Source: Salpingoeca rosetta (lineage: Eukaryota; Protista; Choanoflagellata). From it: DNA of 64,000 bases. The stretch's first letter is position 1; the number at the start of each line of letters is the position of its first letter. The notes beneath the pieces are model-generated. The model saw nothing but the letters and a program-made list of their open reading frames with translations, was not told the DNA's origin and ran no database searches. A program made the position numbers and the translations under genes. The stretch covers positions 420,444 to 484,443 of the forward strand of contig JAWQFM010000002.1 in the NCBI GenBank assembly GCA_033442325.1, given 5' to 3'. Shown in pieces: positions 1-24,903 of this stretch.

Positions 1-2229
<2,229 letters not shown>

Positions 2230-2246
2230 CGTGCCGATCCGCGTGC

Positions 2247-2291
<45 letters not shown>

Positions 2292-2295
2292 GCTG

Positions 2296-2334
<39 letters not shown>

Positions 2335-2999
2335 CCCTCTGTCTCACACACAAACACACACGCACACACACACCCTCTCTTTCTGTCTCTCAATCTGCAT
2401 TCCCTTTCTCCCCTCCTCTCACTCTGCCTGTTAACTGTTCCCTATTCGTTGTGCATATTTGGTGAAGGTGCATGACGAGAAGATGGCTGCTGTATGTTTG
2501 TAGTTGGTGTTCATGCAAGCTTGCAACGTCACTGTCACGGCACCCAGTTGTAGTAAAACCGCACCTTCAAGTCGCCGTTGTGTGTGAATGGGGAGACGAA
2601 GACAAGACACAAGCAAGACAGATGAATGGACATGTAGGAGAAAGGGGGACAGGCAACGCGAGAACAACCATATATCAACGGGAACAGAGAGAACGAACAC
2701 GAAGAGGATATGAAAGCGAGCGGAGGGACTGGGGGGGGGGTGGAACATGAAGGAAGGAAGGCTGATTAACGATGGAGTTGGAAAACGGTTGTTTAGGGGA
2801 GATGCAATCGAGTGTGAATGAGAAAACGAAGACGCAGACAAGACAAGGGACGCAGACAGCAGCAAGGGATGAAAGCAACGCGCAAAACCCCATAAAAGGA
2901 AAAACACCAACAAAGGCAACAAAGGGGGAAAACCCCCGAAAGAGGGAGAATGGAACATCCCTTTCTCTCCCCCCTCTCTGTCTTGTGTGGCGGCTCAAG

Positions 3000-3936
3000 T
3001 TACGAGTAGATGTCGTTCATGAGGTTCTTGAGGAAGTCTGTGACGAGACCCTTGTCCGGCATCTTTTCCACCATGCCGTACATCGCAGCAACGCCCTCAG
3101 CGGACAGCTCGTGGTTCTTCACAGCCGTCACAGCCTGTGTGTGTGTGTGTGCGTTGACCGGTGGAAGGGGGGGTTGTGACGGTGAGCATTCATGCATGAA
3201 GTGATGAATGTACGCACGAGAGACGTGCGACTTGCTGCAGCATGACATGGTTGTTCTCGGAAGGAGCAGCAACAGTAGTCACAGAGACAAACACGTCCAT
3301 CGTACTTACACACATACACAAACACACAAACACACACACACACACAGCATGCAGACGCACTCACGCCCACATGCCAACCCCAAATCCCCGCTCCCTCCCA
3401 ACTCACGTCCTTGAGGGCCTGGACGAGGTCGTCGGCGGCGTTGGCGTGGTGCGGCATAATGCTGAAGTGCAGGCACGTCGGGTTCTGCTGCCGCTCAACC
3501 TTCCAGTTCTTGCTCTCCATCACATCTGCCACTGCCTGGATGTCGACGCTCGGGTTGGTGGAGATGACGGCGAAGGCGGTCATGTTGGGTTCGCCAACAA
3601 TGTCGAGGTCGTCCAAGGCGCGGATGGCGGTGATGAGCTTGGTGGTCGTGGTCATCGTGTCGCGGGCAATGCGCATGAAGCCGTCCTTGCCCTGCGCTTT
3701 AAGGGCCGCCCACGAGGCAGCAATTGTGCCACCTGCAGCACGTCATGGTGATGGTGTTGGTGGTCGTTGTTGTAATCGTGGTTACCTTACATGGGCCCCA
3801 ATAACGAACAGTTGACATTCACGCACACGCTTGCTCAACGAGAACACAACCACACACACAACCTGTTTCATTGTCACTCACACATGTGCATACATGCACA
3901 CAACACAAGCACACAAGCACACACAGAGGCACACGT

Positions 3937-3995
<59 letters not shown>

Positions 3996-5803
3996 TACAC
4001 ATCCACGCATAAAAACACGCACCTGGGCGAGTTCCGGCCATGCTTGGGGAGACAAAGAGGCCACCGGGCCACTTGGAGTAGGCGAAGATCATGTGCTTAC
4101 GGATGGACTTGTTGCGGAACAGCACGCACGACGCGCCCTTGGCGCCCCAGCCGTACTTGTGGATGTCGGCAGACATGGAGGTGACGGCTTTCACGCGGAA
4201 GTCAAACACGGGCACCTTATAGCCGAGCTTCTCCACCCACGGCAGCATGAAGCCGCCAAAGCACGCATCGACGTGCAGGGGCAGGCCGCGTGCCTCCGCC
4301 AGCGCACCAGCAGCCTCAACAGGGTCAACAATGCCTGGAAGAGAGGGGGGTTGTAGGGAATGAGGAGGGCATAGTGGTGGGTGGAGGGGAAAGGGACGTG
4401 TGAGCGTGAGAGGGACGCCATGCGTGAGCACGTGAGCAGGGAGTGTGATGCAGATGCGCAAATGCTGTTCACGTTGCGCACAGCTCGCACACACACACAC
4501 ACATGCACACAGCTCGCACACGCACACACATGCACACAAACACACATACACTTGCACGCAGCATAGTGTAGGCTTGGCAGTACCGTGCGGGTACTGCGGG
4601 GCGGAGACGGCAAGGGCGATGGTGTTGTGGGTGATGGCTTTGGCCATGGCGCTGACATCTGCGCGCATGTTCTTGTCCACGGGCACTGTCACGATGCGCA
4701 CGTTGAAGTACGCGCCGGCCTTCTGAAACGCAGGGTGGATCGTGATGGGGCACACCTGCCAATGATTGTAATCGTGTGGCATGCACTGGTTAGGATGTTG
4801 GCCAACAGGATGAAGTCGCATACCCAGCAGCACGCACATGCACGCAAGCATACACATACATGCATGCATGCATGCATGCTGCATGCACACGCACACTGAG
4901 ACACACACAAGCACAGACATACAATGCACGCAAATACAACACACAAACACACACACACACACACACACAAGCACAGACACACACACACACACACACACAA
5001 GCACAGACACACACGTGCACGCACGCAAATAAAACACACAAACACAGACACGTGCACGCAGGTCACACGCCACAGCGCAGCACACAGAGCAGTGAACACA
5101 CAATCTCCGGGTCGGTGATGCTTGGGCGTAGGGTGCGAGCCATATCGCGGTACGTCTTGACGGCCATGAGGATGCTCTCCGTGCCGCCGGAGGTGAGGTT
5201 GCCAACGACGTTTTCGTCACCGTTCAACATGTCCGCAATCATGCTGCACGTCTCCGTCTCAAAGAGGCGAAGGCTTGGGAAGGCGGCCGGGTTGAGCCCG
5301 TTCTCGTGGGAGAAGATGTTGTAAGCCTGGGTCACAAACGCGTCCATGGACTCATCCGTAAGGCCATACTTGTCCTTGAACATGGACTGTGCCTTGCGAA
5401 CGGCCTGCATGTGCTTGTCCTTCTCCGTGGTGTACACAAGGGCAAAGAGGCGCCCATGGTCTGCGTCGGCGTCCTTGTTCTTCAGCTCCCGCATGCGCTC
5501 GAGCAGTTCCTCCACGGGAACGCCCTTCTCCGGCAGGGTGACGCGCTCCGAGATGGCCTTCTTTTCCGCGCCGTCGTCGCCGTCGCCGGACTTTGGCATG
5601 AGCTTGCCCACGGCGTCATGTGCTTCACGCGCGATGACAAAGGCCAGGATGGCGTTCAGGCCGGGGATGGCTGCTCGCAGGGCGGCGATGAACTGCGCCG
5701 TCGCCGCCTGCGCACCGGCCTTGACATACGTGCGCACCAGCGCCGTCACAAACAGCGCAGTGACCACGTAAGCCACGCAGCTGACAATCCCACACAGTCC
5801 CAT
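3000..5803 (-). CDS. SGPL1: Sphingosine-1-phosphate lyase (PLP-dependent), multi-exon
   Basis: N-terminal hydrophobic anchor; NGLNPAAFPSLRLFETE, GNLTSGGTESILMAVKTYRD, SAPQYPHG, LHVDACFGGF, SADIHKYG (PLP lysine), SPSMAGTRPG, ERQQNPTCLH, AAMYGM. ATG at 5803, TAA at 3000-3002. Confidence 0.95.
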
Positions 5804-6013
5804 CGTTGTTGTTGCTGTGTGAGTGGTGATGTGATCGGATCGACGATGAGATGGAGAACGACGAACAACCTTGGTTTGGTGGTTGTTGTTGGTCAGTGCC
5901 TTGTTTGTGTGTGAATTGAGGACGATTGTATGAAGATGTTCACAAAACTTCTCAAATTGCGCTCCAGCCGACAACAAGCAACATTGCAACACACACACAC
6001 ACACACACACACA

Positions 6014-6049
<36 letters not shown>

Positions 6050-6104
6050 ATACACATACACACATACACACACTCGCACACATACATACACACATACACA
6101 CAGC
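5804..6104. promoter_or_regulatory. Putative bidirectional promoter SGPL1/PNPO with (CA)n(CT)n tract
   Basis: 301 bp between divergent ATGs; function inferred from geometry only. Confidence 0.5.
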
Positions 6105-6780
6105 ATGGATGTTGAAGTGGCTGGCAGTGGTGAGGATGAGAAGGCACGTGTCACGACGGGTTTGGATGTGGGGAAACATGTGACGGGGATGCGACGCGTG
6201 TACAAGGGAGAGCCCGTGAGCGCAGCTAGCCTGCATGAGGACCCGCTGAAGCAGTTCAAGCTGTGGTTGCAAGACGCCGTGGAGGCGGAGGAGAATGAGC
6301 CAAACGCCATGACGCTGGCCACGGCAGACGAGGACGGCGTGCCTAACGCACGCATGGTGCTGCTCAAGGGCGTGGACAAGCGCGGCTTCCGCTTCTTCAC
6401 CAACTACGACTCGCAGAAGGGGAGGGAGCTCACGGGAAACCCGCGCGCAACCCTGGTGTTCTGGTGGCAGTCGCTCAGCCGCTCCGTGCGTGTGCACGGC
6501 CAGGTGGAACGGGTCCCCGACGCTGAATCTGACGAGTACTTTGAAAGCCGGCCCATTGGCAGTCAGATTGGCGCCATCATCTCCACTCAGAGCAAGGTGC
6601 AGGGACTGTGTGTGTGTGTGTGTGTTGTGTGTGTGTGTGTGTGTTCTGTCCTACCGTCTCTCTGCTGCTCTTCTTTGTCGCTCTGCTTTTGTTGCCTTGG
6701 CTGACACGTGCACCTCTGTAGCTCTCTTGAAGCCCAGAGTCACACGCACACCCACACACGCACACATGTTGCACAAACGG

Positions 6781-6832
<52 letters not shown>

Positions 6833-7160
6833 ACAAATACACACACTCACTCACTCACACCCCGCGCACGGCATGCGCTGGCTTCTGCAGCCGCTGCACA
6901 GTAGGAGGGAGCTGAACGAGGAGTATCAGCGACTGATGGCCGAGTGCGCAGAAGGCCGCTATGTTCCTCGCCGTCCCGCGCACTGGGGCGGTTTCATCGT
7001 GCGGCCTCTCTGGATCGAGTTCTGGCAGGGCCAGCCGAGCCGTCTGCACGACCGCATCCGCTACACGCGTTGCACCACCACTGACGCGCCCCCTTCGACC
7101 GACGGCGACACTGAAGACGTGGCCTCCCCTGCTTTCACCAAGGAGGCTCTCTACCCTTGA
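6105..7160 (+). CDS. PNPO: Pyridoxine/pyridoxamine 5'-phosphate oxidase; intron 6597-6890; start may extend upstream
   Basis: [61 protein letters not shown]. Confidence 0.95.
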
Positions 7161-8203
7161 TCCAGTGCAAATTGCTTGCTCGCATGCGCAACAAAAGGGG
7201 CCAAAAAGAAAGGAGGAAGGAAGAGGAGGGAGATAGTGGATTCGCCCGTTTGTTGTGTTGTGTGTGCGCGCATTGTTGCGCTGCTTTCGAGGCTGCTTTG
7301 AGGTGCTTGCCTTATGTTTGTACAGCGTGCCCCTCTGCCCTTTGCCGAATAATTGACCTGTCGGATAGAATTGTGTGATGCGACATTCATATGTAAAATG
7401 TAATCTGACCATTTTAAACGCCTTGGACGTGATGCTGCGTACACTTCGACACGTCTGCGGATAACTGGATAAGGTTGTGATGTTGTCCTGTTGTCGTACT
7501 TCTGGCGCCTTGAGAGCTGGGTGACTGCGCTCGCGCGAGAGCATGATGGCCCCCGACAGCTTGTCCAGAAAACCCTGCAGCAACCCGAAACAAGGAAACA
7601 AGAACAAACCAACACCCTAACACCACTTGATCTCTGGAGTCACTGGATCACATCGCAAGAAGGAAGGAAGAACAACTGAATCACCATCTTCCCCTTCGTT
7701 CCCCCCAATCTACACCTAAGCTCTACTGCCATCCCGCATGTCACACGTGCATCCTCACACCCAACACACCGCATCATAGGACAGGAGAAGGAAGGGAGGC
7801 AGGGAGGCAGCCAAGAGCTACAGGACAGACAGACTTCTTCTTTCTCTCTTTCTCTGTATTCGCTTGCTTGGGGTGCAGCGCTGAGGTGCTTGGGCAATTT
7901 TCACTTTCAAATTTGCGGTTGGGTGTGCACACAAACAAACAAGAGGAAGCAAGACAAGCAAGAAGAAAAACCAAACTGGAAACAGCAGACTGCGACAACA
8001 GCGCACCCAGCCCACCCACCTGCACCAGGAAGCCGCGTTCATCGTCGCGTTCATCCTCCCTTCCTTCCCTCCTCGCTCCTTCGTAGGCACCAACCGCCAG
8101 AGACACAACAGAGCACGCCACACACCACACAACTCAGCAGATACACACGCACATATCCAACACAACATCACAGCACAGCACAGCACGCAGCCACGTCGGC
8201 AAG

Positions 8204-8929
8204 ATGCAGATGGACTCGCGTGCAGACGAGTCAGACCTTCCGTCACGGCTCAATGCCAAGGATAGATCTCTCTTGCTGGAGGTTGGTGCTGTTTTCTCGC
8301 ACACCTGTGTTCCTTGACAAGCACACACACACACACATGCACACACACACATGCACACATGCACATGCACACACATGCACACACATGCACACACACATGC
8401 ACACACACATGCACACACACATGCACCCATACATGCACACAGAGGCATCCACACTCGAGCGCGACCACGCACCTTTGCGCGCGTCCTCACTCCACAACCC
8501 TCCCGCCCTTTCTCCTCACACCTGTCGCAGGTATCCCTGAAGTACCGCGTCAAGTATGTGGGATCGCCGTCCGCGGAGGGCGACGAGGCGACCGTCAGGT
8601 AACGCATGGAGCCATGCGCTCGCACAAAGCGCTCGCATGAACTCATGCTAGCCAGCTCGCTGGTCAGGTGTGAGTGACACGTGTGCGCCGTGTCCTCACG
8701 CCACCAACCACCATGCGCACGCAACAACTGGCAACTGCAACTGCAGGGCGGACAAGCCCATCCCCGTGGAGAGCTCGGTGTATTATTTCGAGGCCACGGT
8801 CCACACGCGCGGCGAGCCAGGGTGAGCGTTGTATGCAGAGGCGTGCTGACTGTTCTGTCCAGCTCTGAGAGCACACGATGCAGGCGACCTCACAACTGTC
8901 ACACACATACACAAATACACATACAAACA

Positions 8930-8972
<43 letters not shown>

Positions 8973-9983
8973 CACACACACAATGTTGCAGACGCATGTG
9001 CGTGGGGTTTGTACCTGCGGGCAGTTCATTGGGCAAGCTGCCGGGCTCCGATCAGGGCTCAATCGGGTACTCGGACGACGGGCGCGTCGGCGACGGCACC
9101 GGGTTTGAGCGGTATGGCCCTTCCTATTCGGTGAAGGACGTCGTTGGGTGCTGCATCAACTTCTCCAAGAAGACCATCTTCTTCACCAAGAACGGCGAGC
9201 AGCTCGGTAAGCACACACATGCACACGCGCACGTGCACACGCGCGCACACGCACACACGCACACGCTCAAGCAGCAGACAGCGCGCGCAGGCATACTCTC
9301 GTTGTCAATCCACCTACAGATCCATCTTACAGGCTCGAAACGGGAGACACACGCACACACACGCACACGCGCACACATGTTGCATGTTCTCATCATTGAC
9401 GCGTTTCTCGCTCCCCCCCTTTTCCCCACCGCAGGAGAGGTGCTGCTGCCTGCGTCGGTGTCCAAAGGCGTCGCATTCTACCCCGCAATCGGCCTCACAA
9501 ACGCTCGCAGGGAAGTACACGTCAACTTTGGTCAGGACCCGTTTGTCTTCAACATCGACCACTACAAGGCGGTGCGTGTGCCGCGCGTGCACGGTGTTGT
9601 TTGGTGCCGGCGGTGGGGCTCGTGCATGTGTGTGTGTGTGCGCATGTGTGTGTGCGCATGTGTGTGTGCGCATGTGTGTGTGCATGTGTGTGTGTGCATG
9701 TGTGTGTGTGTGTGCGCATGTGTGTGTGTGTGTGTGTGTGTGCGTGCTTCGAATGCGCAGGGCACCGAGAGAGAGCACAGCGTGCCATGCAGCGCCACAC
9801 CACCTCACGTGTCTGTTGTGCACATGTTCAGGAGTTGCGATCGGCAACACACGAAGAGATTATGCAGACAGAGCTGCCGGAGCAGACACATGCGCGGTTA
9901 CACGAGGTGGGCAAGGAGGAGGACGCGCTGTGGCATATGTGCATGCACTTATTTTGACTTAAGACGAGCGAAGTGCACGTGCG

Positions 9984-10026
<43 letters not shown>

Positions 10027-10713
10027 CAGACGCACACACAATCACACAGACACAGACGCAGACACAGACACTCACAATCACTCACTCACATTCTTCTCTG
10101 TGTCCTTCACTCACACATTGCTCTTCACACACACGTAGATGGTGCTGGAGTATTTGGAGCACATGGGATATCTGGAAACAGCGAAACAGCTGGCACACAG
10201 CTCACACACCACCATGGCTTGCAAGGAAGAAGACATTCGAAACAGACAAGGTTTGCTCTAAGATGCTGGTGTTGCTGTTGGCGATGGTGGGGATGTTGGG
10301 GGATGGGCTTGATAAATCGGCTGATGGTCGCTCGAGCGTACCAATCTTCTCACGCAAGCACACACACACACACACATCAACGCACGCGTACCCTTGGTTG
10401 TTGGTTCATTGTGTGGTGAACAGTGGTGCGGCAACACATCCTGGGCGGAAATCTGACGGAAGCAATTGCAAGCATCGAAGCGCTCTTTCCGTCACTGCTG
10501 GAGCGAAACACAGACCTCACATTCAAGCTGAGATGCCGGCAGTTTGTGGAGATGATCCTCACGACACAAGGTACGCGCGCACGTGTGTGCTGGTGTGTTT
10601 GTCACAACAATGACATGAAGAAGGTGCTTATATCAGCCTTTAATGACATGAAGAAGGTGCTTATATCAGCCTTTACTCACGCAGTCACACACCCACATAC
10701 ATACACACACAAC

Positions 10714-10751
<38 letters not shown>

Positions 10752-11678
10752 CACACAACCACACACACACACACACAACCACACACACACACACACATAC
10801 ACACATCACAACCACCACCACCACGCCAATATCCATGACTGACTGCTGGACTGCAGATCAATCGGACGAGTCGCTGTCTGCAATTCTTGCTGTCGGGCAG
10901 GGCCTGTATGAGCTGAGCAGACGCGAGGACACGCACAGCGACGAGAACGATACGCTCTTTGAGGTGTGAGTCTGTATGCATGTGTGTGCGTGTGGGGGGG
11001 GGGGGATTGCGTGCATGTTGTGTGCATGGGTCCTTGTGAACGACGTGGAAAAGACTTGCAGTTAAGAAGCGACAACAGTCAACACAGCGACAAGTACGCC
11101 TTCGCACTCGCTCACCGCCCTTTCTTTGTCGTGCGCATGTGTGTGTGCGTGTGTGTGTGTGCGCGCTGCAGGATGCATCGTCACTGCTTGCGTTTTCGGA
11201 CACATCCAACGAGACGTACGCGCGACTGTCGAGTCAGGACCGCCGCGTCGAACTCGCAGATATCGTCAACACAGAGCTCCTCCGTACGTCCTGTTGGGCC
11301 ATGTCTTGCGATCTTCACGTGGCGTGCTTTGCGATGTTGTTTCAATTTCAAGTGCACCGAGGCACACACACACACACACACACACATACATGCTTGTGTC
11401 GATTGCCACAGGTGCACAGTCGTGTAATCCGGAGCCGATGCTGCTTCGAATCTTTGGCAACATCGAGGTGCGATGAAAATTGACGCCACCACTGTGACGC
11501 ACGTTCATGCATCACAATTCACGCTCATTTCTCCAACCGCACCTCACTCCCGCACCACGCTTTATGACACATCTCTCCCACCACTTTTGTTTGTTTGCAG
11601 ACGTTTATGCAACGCATGCGCGAGCACCGAATGGGCCTGACGGCGCTCCTGGACATCCCACGCTTGCTCGAGTCCTGA
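8204..11678 (+). CDS. RanBP9/RanBP10 (RanBPM)-like SPRY-LisH-CTLH-CRA protein, CTLH/GID complex subunit; ~12 exons
   Basis: Spliced pieces: LPSRLNAKD; [16 protein letters not shown]; [36 protein letters not shown]; [12 protein letters not shown] (SPRY); [15 protein letters not shown] (LisH); [14 protein letters not shown] (CTLH); [24 protein letters not shown] (CRA). Last exon 11601-11678 ends in TGA. Confidence 0.88.
10609..10674. repeat. Perfect 33-bp tandem duplication in an intron
   Basis: AATGACATGAAGAAGGTGCTTATATCAGCCTTT x2. Confidence 0.95.
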
Positions 11679-12125
11679 CGGGATGTGCTACTTCATCCAC
11701 TCACGCACGCGCACATACGTCGCTGTCGTTGTTTGTGTTGTTGTGCATGCGTGTGCACGTGCAAGTTTATGTATGCGTCATGCTTTGCTTGATCGTGGAG
11801 ATGGCCATTGCATTCGTGTGTGTGTGTGTATGTATGTGTGTGTGTGTGCGTGCGTGTGTGTTTGTCCTTAACAAACAATCGTTACACCCTTTTCATTACA
11901 AAACAAATACACTGTATTGTGTCAGCAGCTGTTACCACGCCGCATCTCACACACACACCCGCGTGCCAGCGCGCTTTCATCATGGAAGATAATCAAATAC
12001 GTGTGCACACAAAGCACAGGAGGTGAGCGACATGTGCACACACACATCGCAGCAAAATAAACAACAAAAGCAGCCCTGCACCACCCGAGTCCAAAAGGCC
12101 GGTACATCACACCACAGCCAATTCG

Positions 12126-20071
<7,946 letters not shown>

Positions 20072-20471
20072 CTTGGTGCTGCTGTTGTGTGGGTGGTGTG
20101 GGTTGTCGTTGTCCTTTTTGCTTGGCAACAACGGAAAATTGCACAAAGATGCCCACAAATCTTCACAACTGGTGGTGTGTGAGTTTGTGTGTGTGTGTGT
20201 GTTTGCATGTGAGTGTGTACGTGTGTGTGCGTGCGTGTGTGAGTTTGTGTGTGTGTGTGTGTGCACGTGTGTGTGTGTGTGTGTGCATGTGTGTGTGTGT
20301 GCGACACAAGTGGCTTGCTGGGCTTGCTTGGTTTTGGTTGTTTTCATTGGTGACACAGTTGTTCTCAGGCTAGTCATGTAACGAAAGCGAACACGGAGCA
20401 AAAGCAACAAGGGTCGGTCAGTCAGTCAGTCAGCCAGTCGGTCAGTCCGCCAGGCTGGTCGCTGCAAGCTT

Positions 20472-20874
20472 CTACTGCACGTGCTGATGGTTTGATTCGT
20501 TGACCACGACGGCATAGGTGCAGCATAGCTTGTGCTCGCCCCAGTGCTGGCGCTGGCAGGCGGGGCTGCAGTAGTATGCCTGATAGCATCCAGTGCAGCA
20601 AAACTCGGCGTGTTGGCCACAAAGCACACACGCCGGCACGCGAACCTGCGGCACGCCGTCGTCGCCAACGCCCGCATAGGCTTGGTGCTGTGTTGTGGGG
20701 ACATACGGCTGCTGTGGAGGCAGGGACGGAGGCAGGGGTGGAGGCAGAGTTGTTGGTAGATAACGGGGCTGGATGGATGAAACATCCGCCCGCACAGGAT
20801 AGTACCCAACAGGGAAAGGTTGCTGCTGCTGCTGCTGCTGCTGCTGGTGGTGGTGGTGGTCGTATTGATATTCG

Positions 20875-20962
<88 letters not shown>

Positions 20963-22577
20963 GCCGCTGCCTGAACGTTGTTGTGGGTGCTTGCGGACAC
21001 TTTCTGCGCGTGTGTCCCTGGCACCGGCAGATGCTGCACGTTGGCGGGCGTCGCTTCTTCTTGACCCGCAGCTGCGCTCCAGGGCTCTCCGCCACGTTGG
21101 TCGCTGACAACGGCACCGTGTGCCCCTCTCGTGCTGCTGGAGGCAGCTGTNNNNNNNNNNNNNNNNNNNNNNNNNNNNNNNNNNNNNNNNNNNNNNNNNN
21201 NNNNNNNNNNNNNNNNNNNNNNNNNNNNNNNNNNNNNNNNNNNNNNNNNNNNNNNNNNNNNNNNNNNNNNNNNNNNNNNNNNNNNNNNNNNNNNNNNNNN
21301 NNNNNNNNNNNNNNNNNNNNNNNNNNNNNNNNNNNNNNNNNNNNNNNNNNNNNNNNNNNNNNNNNNNNNNNNNNNNNNNNNNNNNNNNNNNNNNNNNNNN
21401 NNNNNNNNNNNNNNNNNNNNNNNNNNNNNNNNNNNNNNNNNNNNNNNNNNNNNNNNNNNNNNNNNNNNNNNNNNNNNNNNNNNNNNNNNNNNNNNNNNNN
21501 NNNNNNNNNNNNNNNNNNNNNNGTTGCATTGGTTGTTGTTGCATTGGTTGTTGTTGTTGTTGCATTGGTTGTTGTTGCATTGGTTGTTGTTGTTGTTGCA
21601 TTGGTTGTTGTTGCATTGGTTGTTGTTGTTGCATTGGTTGTTGTTGCATTGGTTGTTGTTGTTGCATTGGTGGTTGCTGCTGCATTGGTTGTTGTTGCTG
21701 CTGCTGCTGCTGTAACTGCCATTGCTGTTGCTGTTGCTGTGGATGCTGGAGGTGCACAGCATCATTGCCTGTTTGCCCCTCCCCTTGCTGCAACTGCCAT
21801 TGTTGCTGCAGCTGCTGCTGTGGTGCATCGCTTGTTCCCGGTCCGTCAGTGACTACCGGTGACGCTGTGTGTTCGCCCGCCTTCGCCGCCACGACTTCAC
21901 GTACATGCGCGTCGATTCTGCTCAAAGCCGTCATATCATCAGCAGCAGCAACAGCTCCACCAGTGCCAACGCCCCGCTGTGCACCTGTCATCTGCACCAC
22001 AGCTTCTTCGCTCAGCCCACCACCACCGCCATCAGCGGTGGTTCCGGCAACCCGTGCATCAACACTGCCGTCACGCTCGGCACGCGCGTGCGCGCCGGTG
22101 GTTGTTTGCTCGTTGCCATCGGGTAAATCCCCCTCGTCGTCGTCGCCGTCGCTGCACGCCTCCATCGGCACGGGAAGCAATTGGTCTGGCCGTTGCTGGC
22201 TGCCAGCACCATCGTGTACAGTGCCGCTTTCAGGTTGACCGGGGTTTGAGCGAGCGTTCACACGATCATCTTCGCCATCACCACGTTCACCCCGCAGACG
22301 GCCAGCGCCATCGCTGGCATCGTCGCCATCACAGCCATTGTCTTCTGCCTCGTCTTCATCTCCACCACCGCCACCACCAACATTATCACCGCTTGCACTC
22401 ACTTCATCATGGCCACCATCATCGCCATCATCGCGGAGGTGCGTGTGCTGCAGCACTGCCACGACCTCGACCTCATACTGACGCCTCCACGCCGCTCGGG
22501 GCGCCGCCGCACACATCCACTCCTCACAGCTCAGCACACGCACCCAGCCTGAAGGGGATGGCAGGCAGCCAGGCACA

Positions 22578-22609
<32 letters not shown>

Positions 22610-24032
22610 ATCATGTTGAGGCCGCTGCTGTTCGTGCTGTTGTTGGTGTTCGTGCTGTCGGTGTTCGTGCTGTGGATGGTGTTCGTGCTGTTGGTGTTCG
22701 TGCTGCCGCTGTCCGACGTCAGCCACGTTGCCATGGTTGTCCGAGTCTCTATTCCCGCCAGTGCGCTCTTGCAACCCTCCTCCTTCGAATTGCTGCTTCG
22801 ATGACGCAAGTGTCCTCACCAACGTTACAGCGCCATCATCACCGCGAACAACAGCCGCCCCACTACCCCTTCCACAACCAGCGTCATCATCATCATCATC
22901 ATCATCATCATCGTGGTCGTCGTCATCATATTTACCAGCAACATCATCATATTCACCACCATCATCATCATCGCCATCGGTCAGCAATGCAGCCCTGCCA
23001 TCTCCACTGCCAGGACGACTCTGCCACACGCGACGCGGATGGCGACGACGACGACGATGATGATAATGATGATGATGACGACGGTGGTGGTGCGTGACTG
23101 CGGACAGGAGCATGGTGAGCTCCTCGGCAGGGGTGATGGCGCTGTCAAACAGCACCGCATCTGAAGTCGCAGGGAGCGAGGCAGTCACATCATGCCCATC
23201 GCCACCATCGCCACCATCATCGACGCTGCGGTCCTGTCTGGCGTGGCTGGCCTGTGTCGACGCATGCTCTGCTGCGCGTGCACCGTCACGGCTGTCCGGT
23301 TGTATGGCTGATGTCTGAACATCACGCGCCATCATGCTCGCCTGTCTCCTCGCATCTTTTCCCACAGTCACTTGGTGTTGCTCCGCTATCGAATACCCTA
23401 CCACCTCATCACCATCACCGCCGCTCTTGCTGCTGGCGCGTGGCGCTGGTCCAGTTGTGGATGGCATCGACGATAAAAGTGAAGCAGCATGTTTCCCGCC
23501 AACTTGCTCTCTATCTGTTGCTGATACGCTTGCTGCTTCTGACTCCCCAGCAGGTTTCTGTCGAGAGCTAATACGCACGTGCGAACGGATCCGGTGAGAT
23601 CGTTCCCAAGATGACGTGTGTGTGTGTGTGTGTGGGGGGGGGGAATGGGAGGAAGAGAGCAGCTCAAAGCAAAAACAAAGCACAGACACACACACACACA
23701 CAGACACACACAGACACACACACACACAGACGCAGACACACACACACACACACATACACACAAACAGACGCAGACAGACATACACACACAGACACACACA
23801 ACCGTGCTTACTCTGGATAGTGGTGCTGCATGGTGCATTTGCTGGAGCAGAGCAACCCGCCGCCATCGTGCGCGGCCCATCCAAACTCTATGCACCACAT
23901 CACAGCCAACAGCAATACCAGCACCCAAGCAGTCGCAAACACACGGCCAGAGCAGCAGCATCAGCGGCACACACGCACAGACATACAGGAACAGGCAAAG
24001 GAGTGAGTGTGCTGCAAGTGCGTTGCTGTTGC

Positions 24033-24093
<61 letters not shown>

Positions 24094-24814
24094 GCTGCTT
24101 CTGCCTCGAAGCAATGATGAGCATGACTGCATGCGTGCTTACCGCCTGAGCGAAAGCCTGGCGAAACTATCTGCCCTGCTTTGTTGAGGTCGAGCCGAGT
24201 GATCTCCGTTTGCATGTGGCGCTGACAAAAACAAGAAGTTTGGGCAGGGGTGAGTGTGAAGTTCAAACAGCAAGGGGAAAGGCAGCTCGGAGAGCTGTCG
24301 TCTTTTTGATTCTTCTTTGAACATGATTACACGCACTCATAAGCACATGCATCCACAAACGCACACCCACACGCATACGCAGATGCACGCACGCATACGC
24401 ATACGCACGCACGCACACATCTGACCATGACTGAGAGGTTGGAGGACAAGACGCGCTGGCAGTAGTAACATTGCGCTGGCGTGCCAAGCTGAAGGCGAAA
24501 CCGTGTCGATCTGGTGCAGTGTCAGCAGAAGAAGCAATATGCACGAGGAGGTGAATGCAATTGAGGGTGGAAGCAACAATGATTGGAGGAATCCACTTGA
24601 GTTGAATGTGAACGTGAGTGGATCGAGGAAAAGAGACCCAGGGGTCAAACATGGGCTCCGTCCATGCACACACAAGTGAATCAAATGCTGGATGGAAAAC
24701 TTCACACACACACACACAATGCGTGCCATCCATACAGTGTCTCGCCAGTGTCTCGCCAGTGTCTCGCATTGTTCGTGCTTGATCACTTGCCTGTGCATGT
24801 GCATGTGCATCGAT

Positions 24815-24903
<89 letters not shown>

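Noticed and set aside
7330-7650. AT-richer intergenic stretch with TGATG/CTGA words (possible C/D snoRNA) and a 250-aa minus ORF
   Set aside because: No canonical RUGAUGA box, terminal stem or recognisable protein motif.
10609-10674. 33-bp repeat as a CRISPR-like element or transposon footprint
   Set aside because: Two adjacent copies with no spacer inside a eukaryotic intron; a simple tandem duplication.
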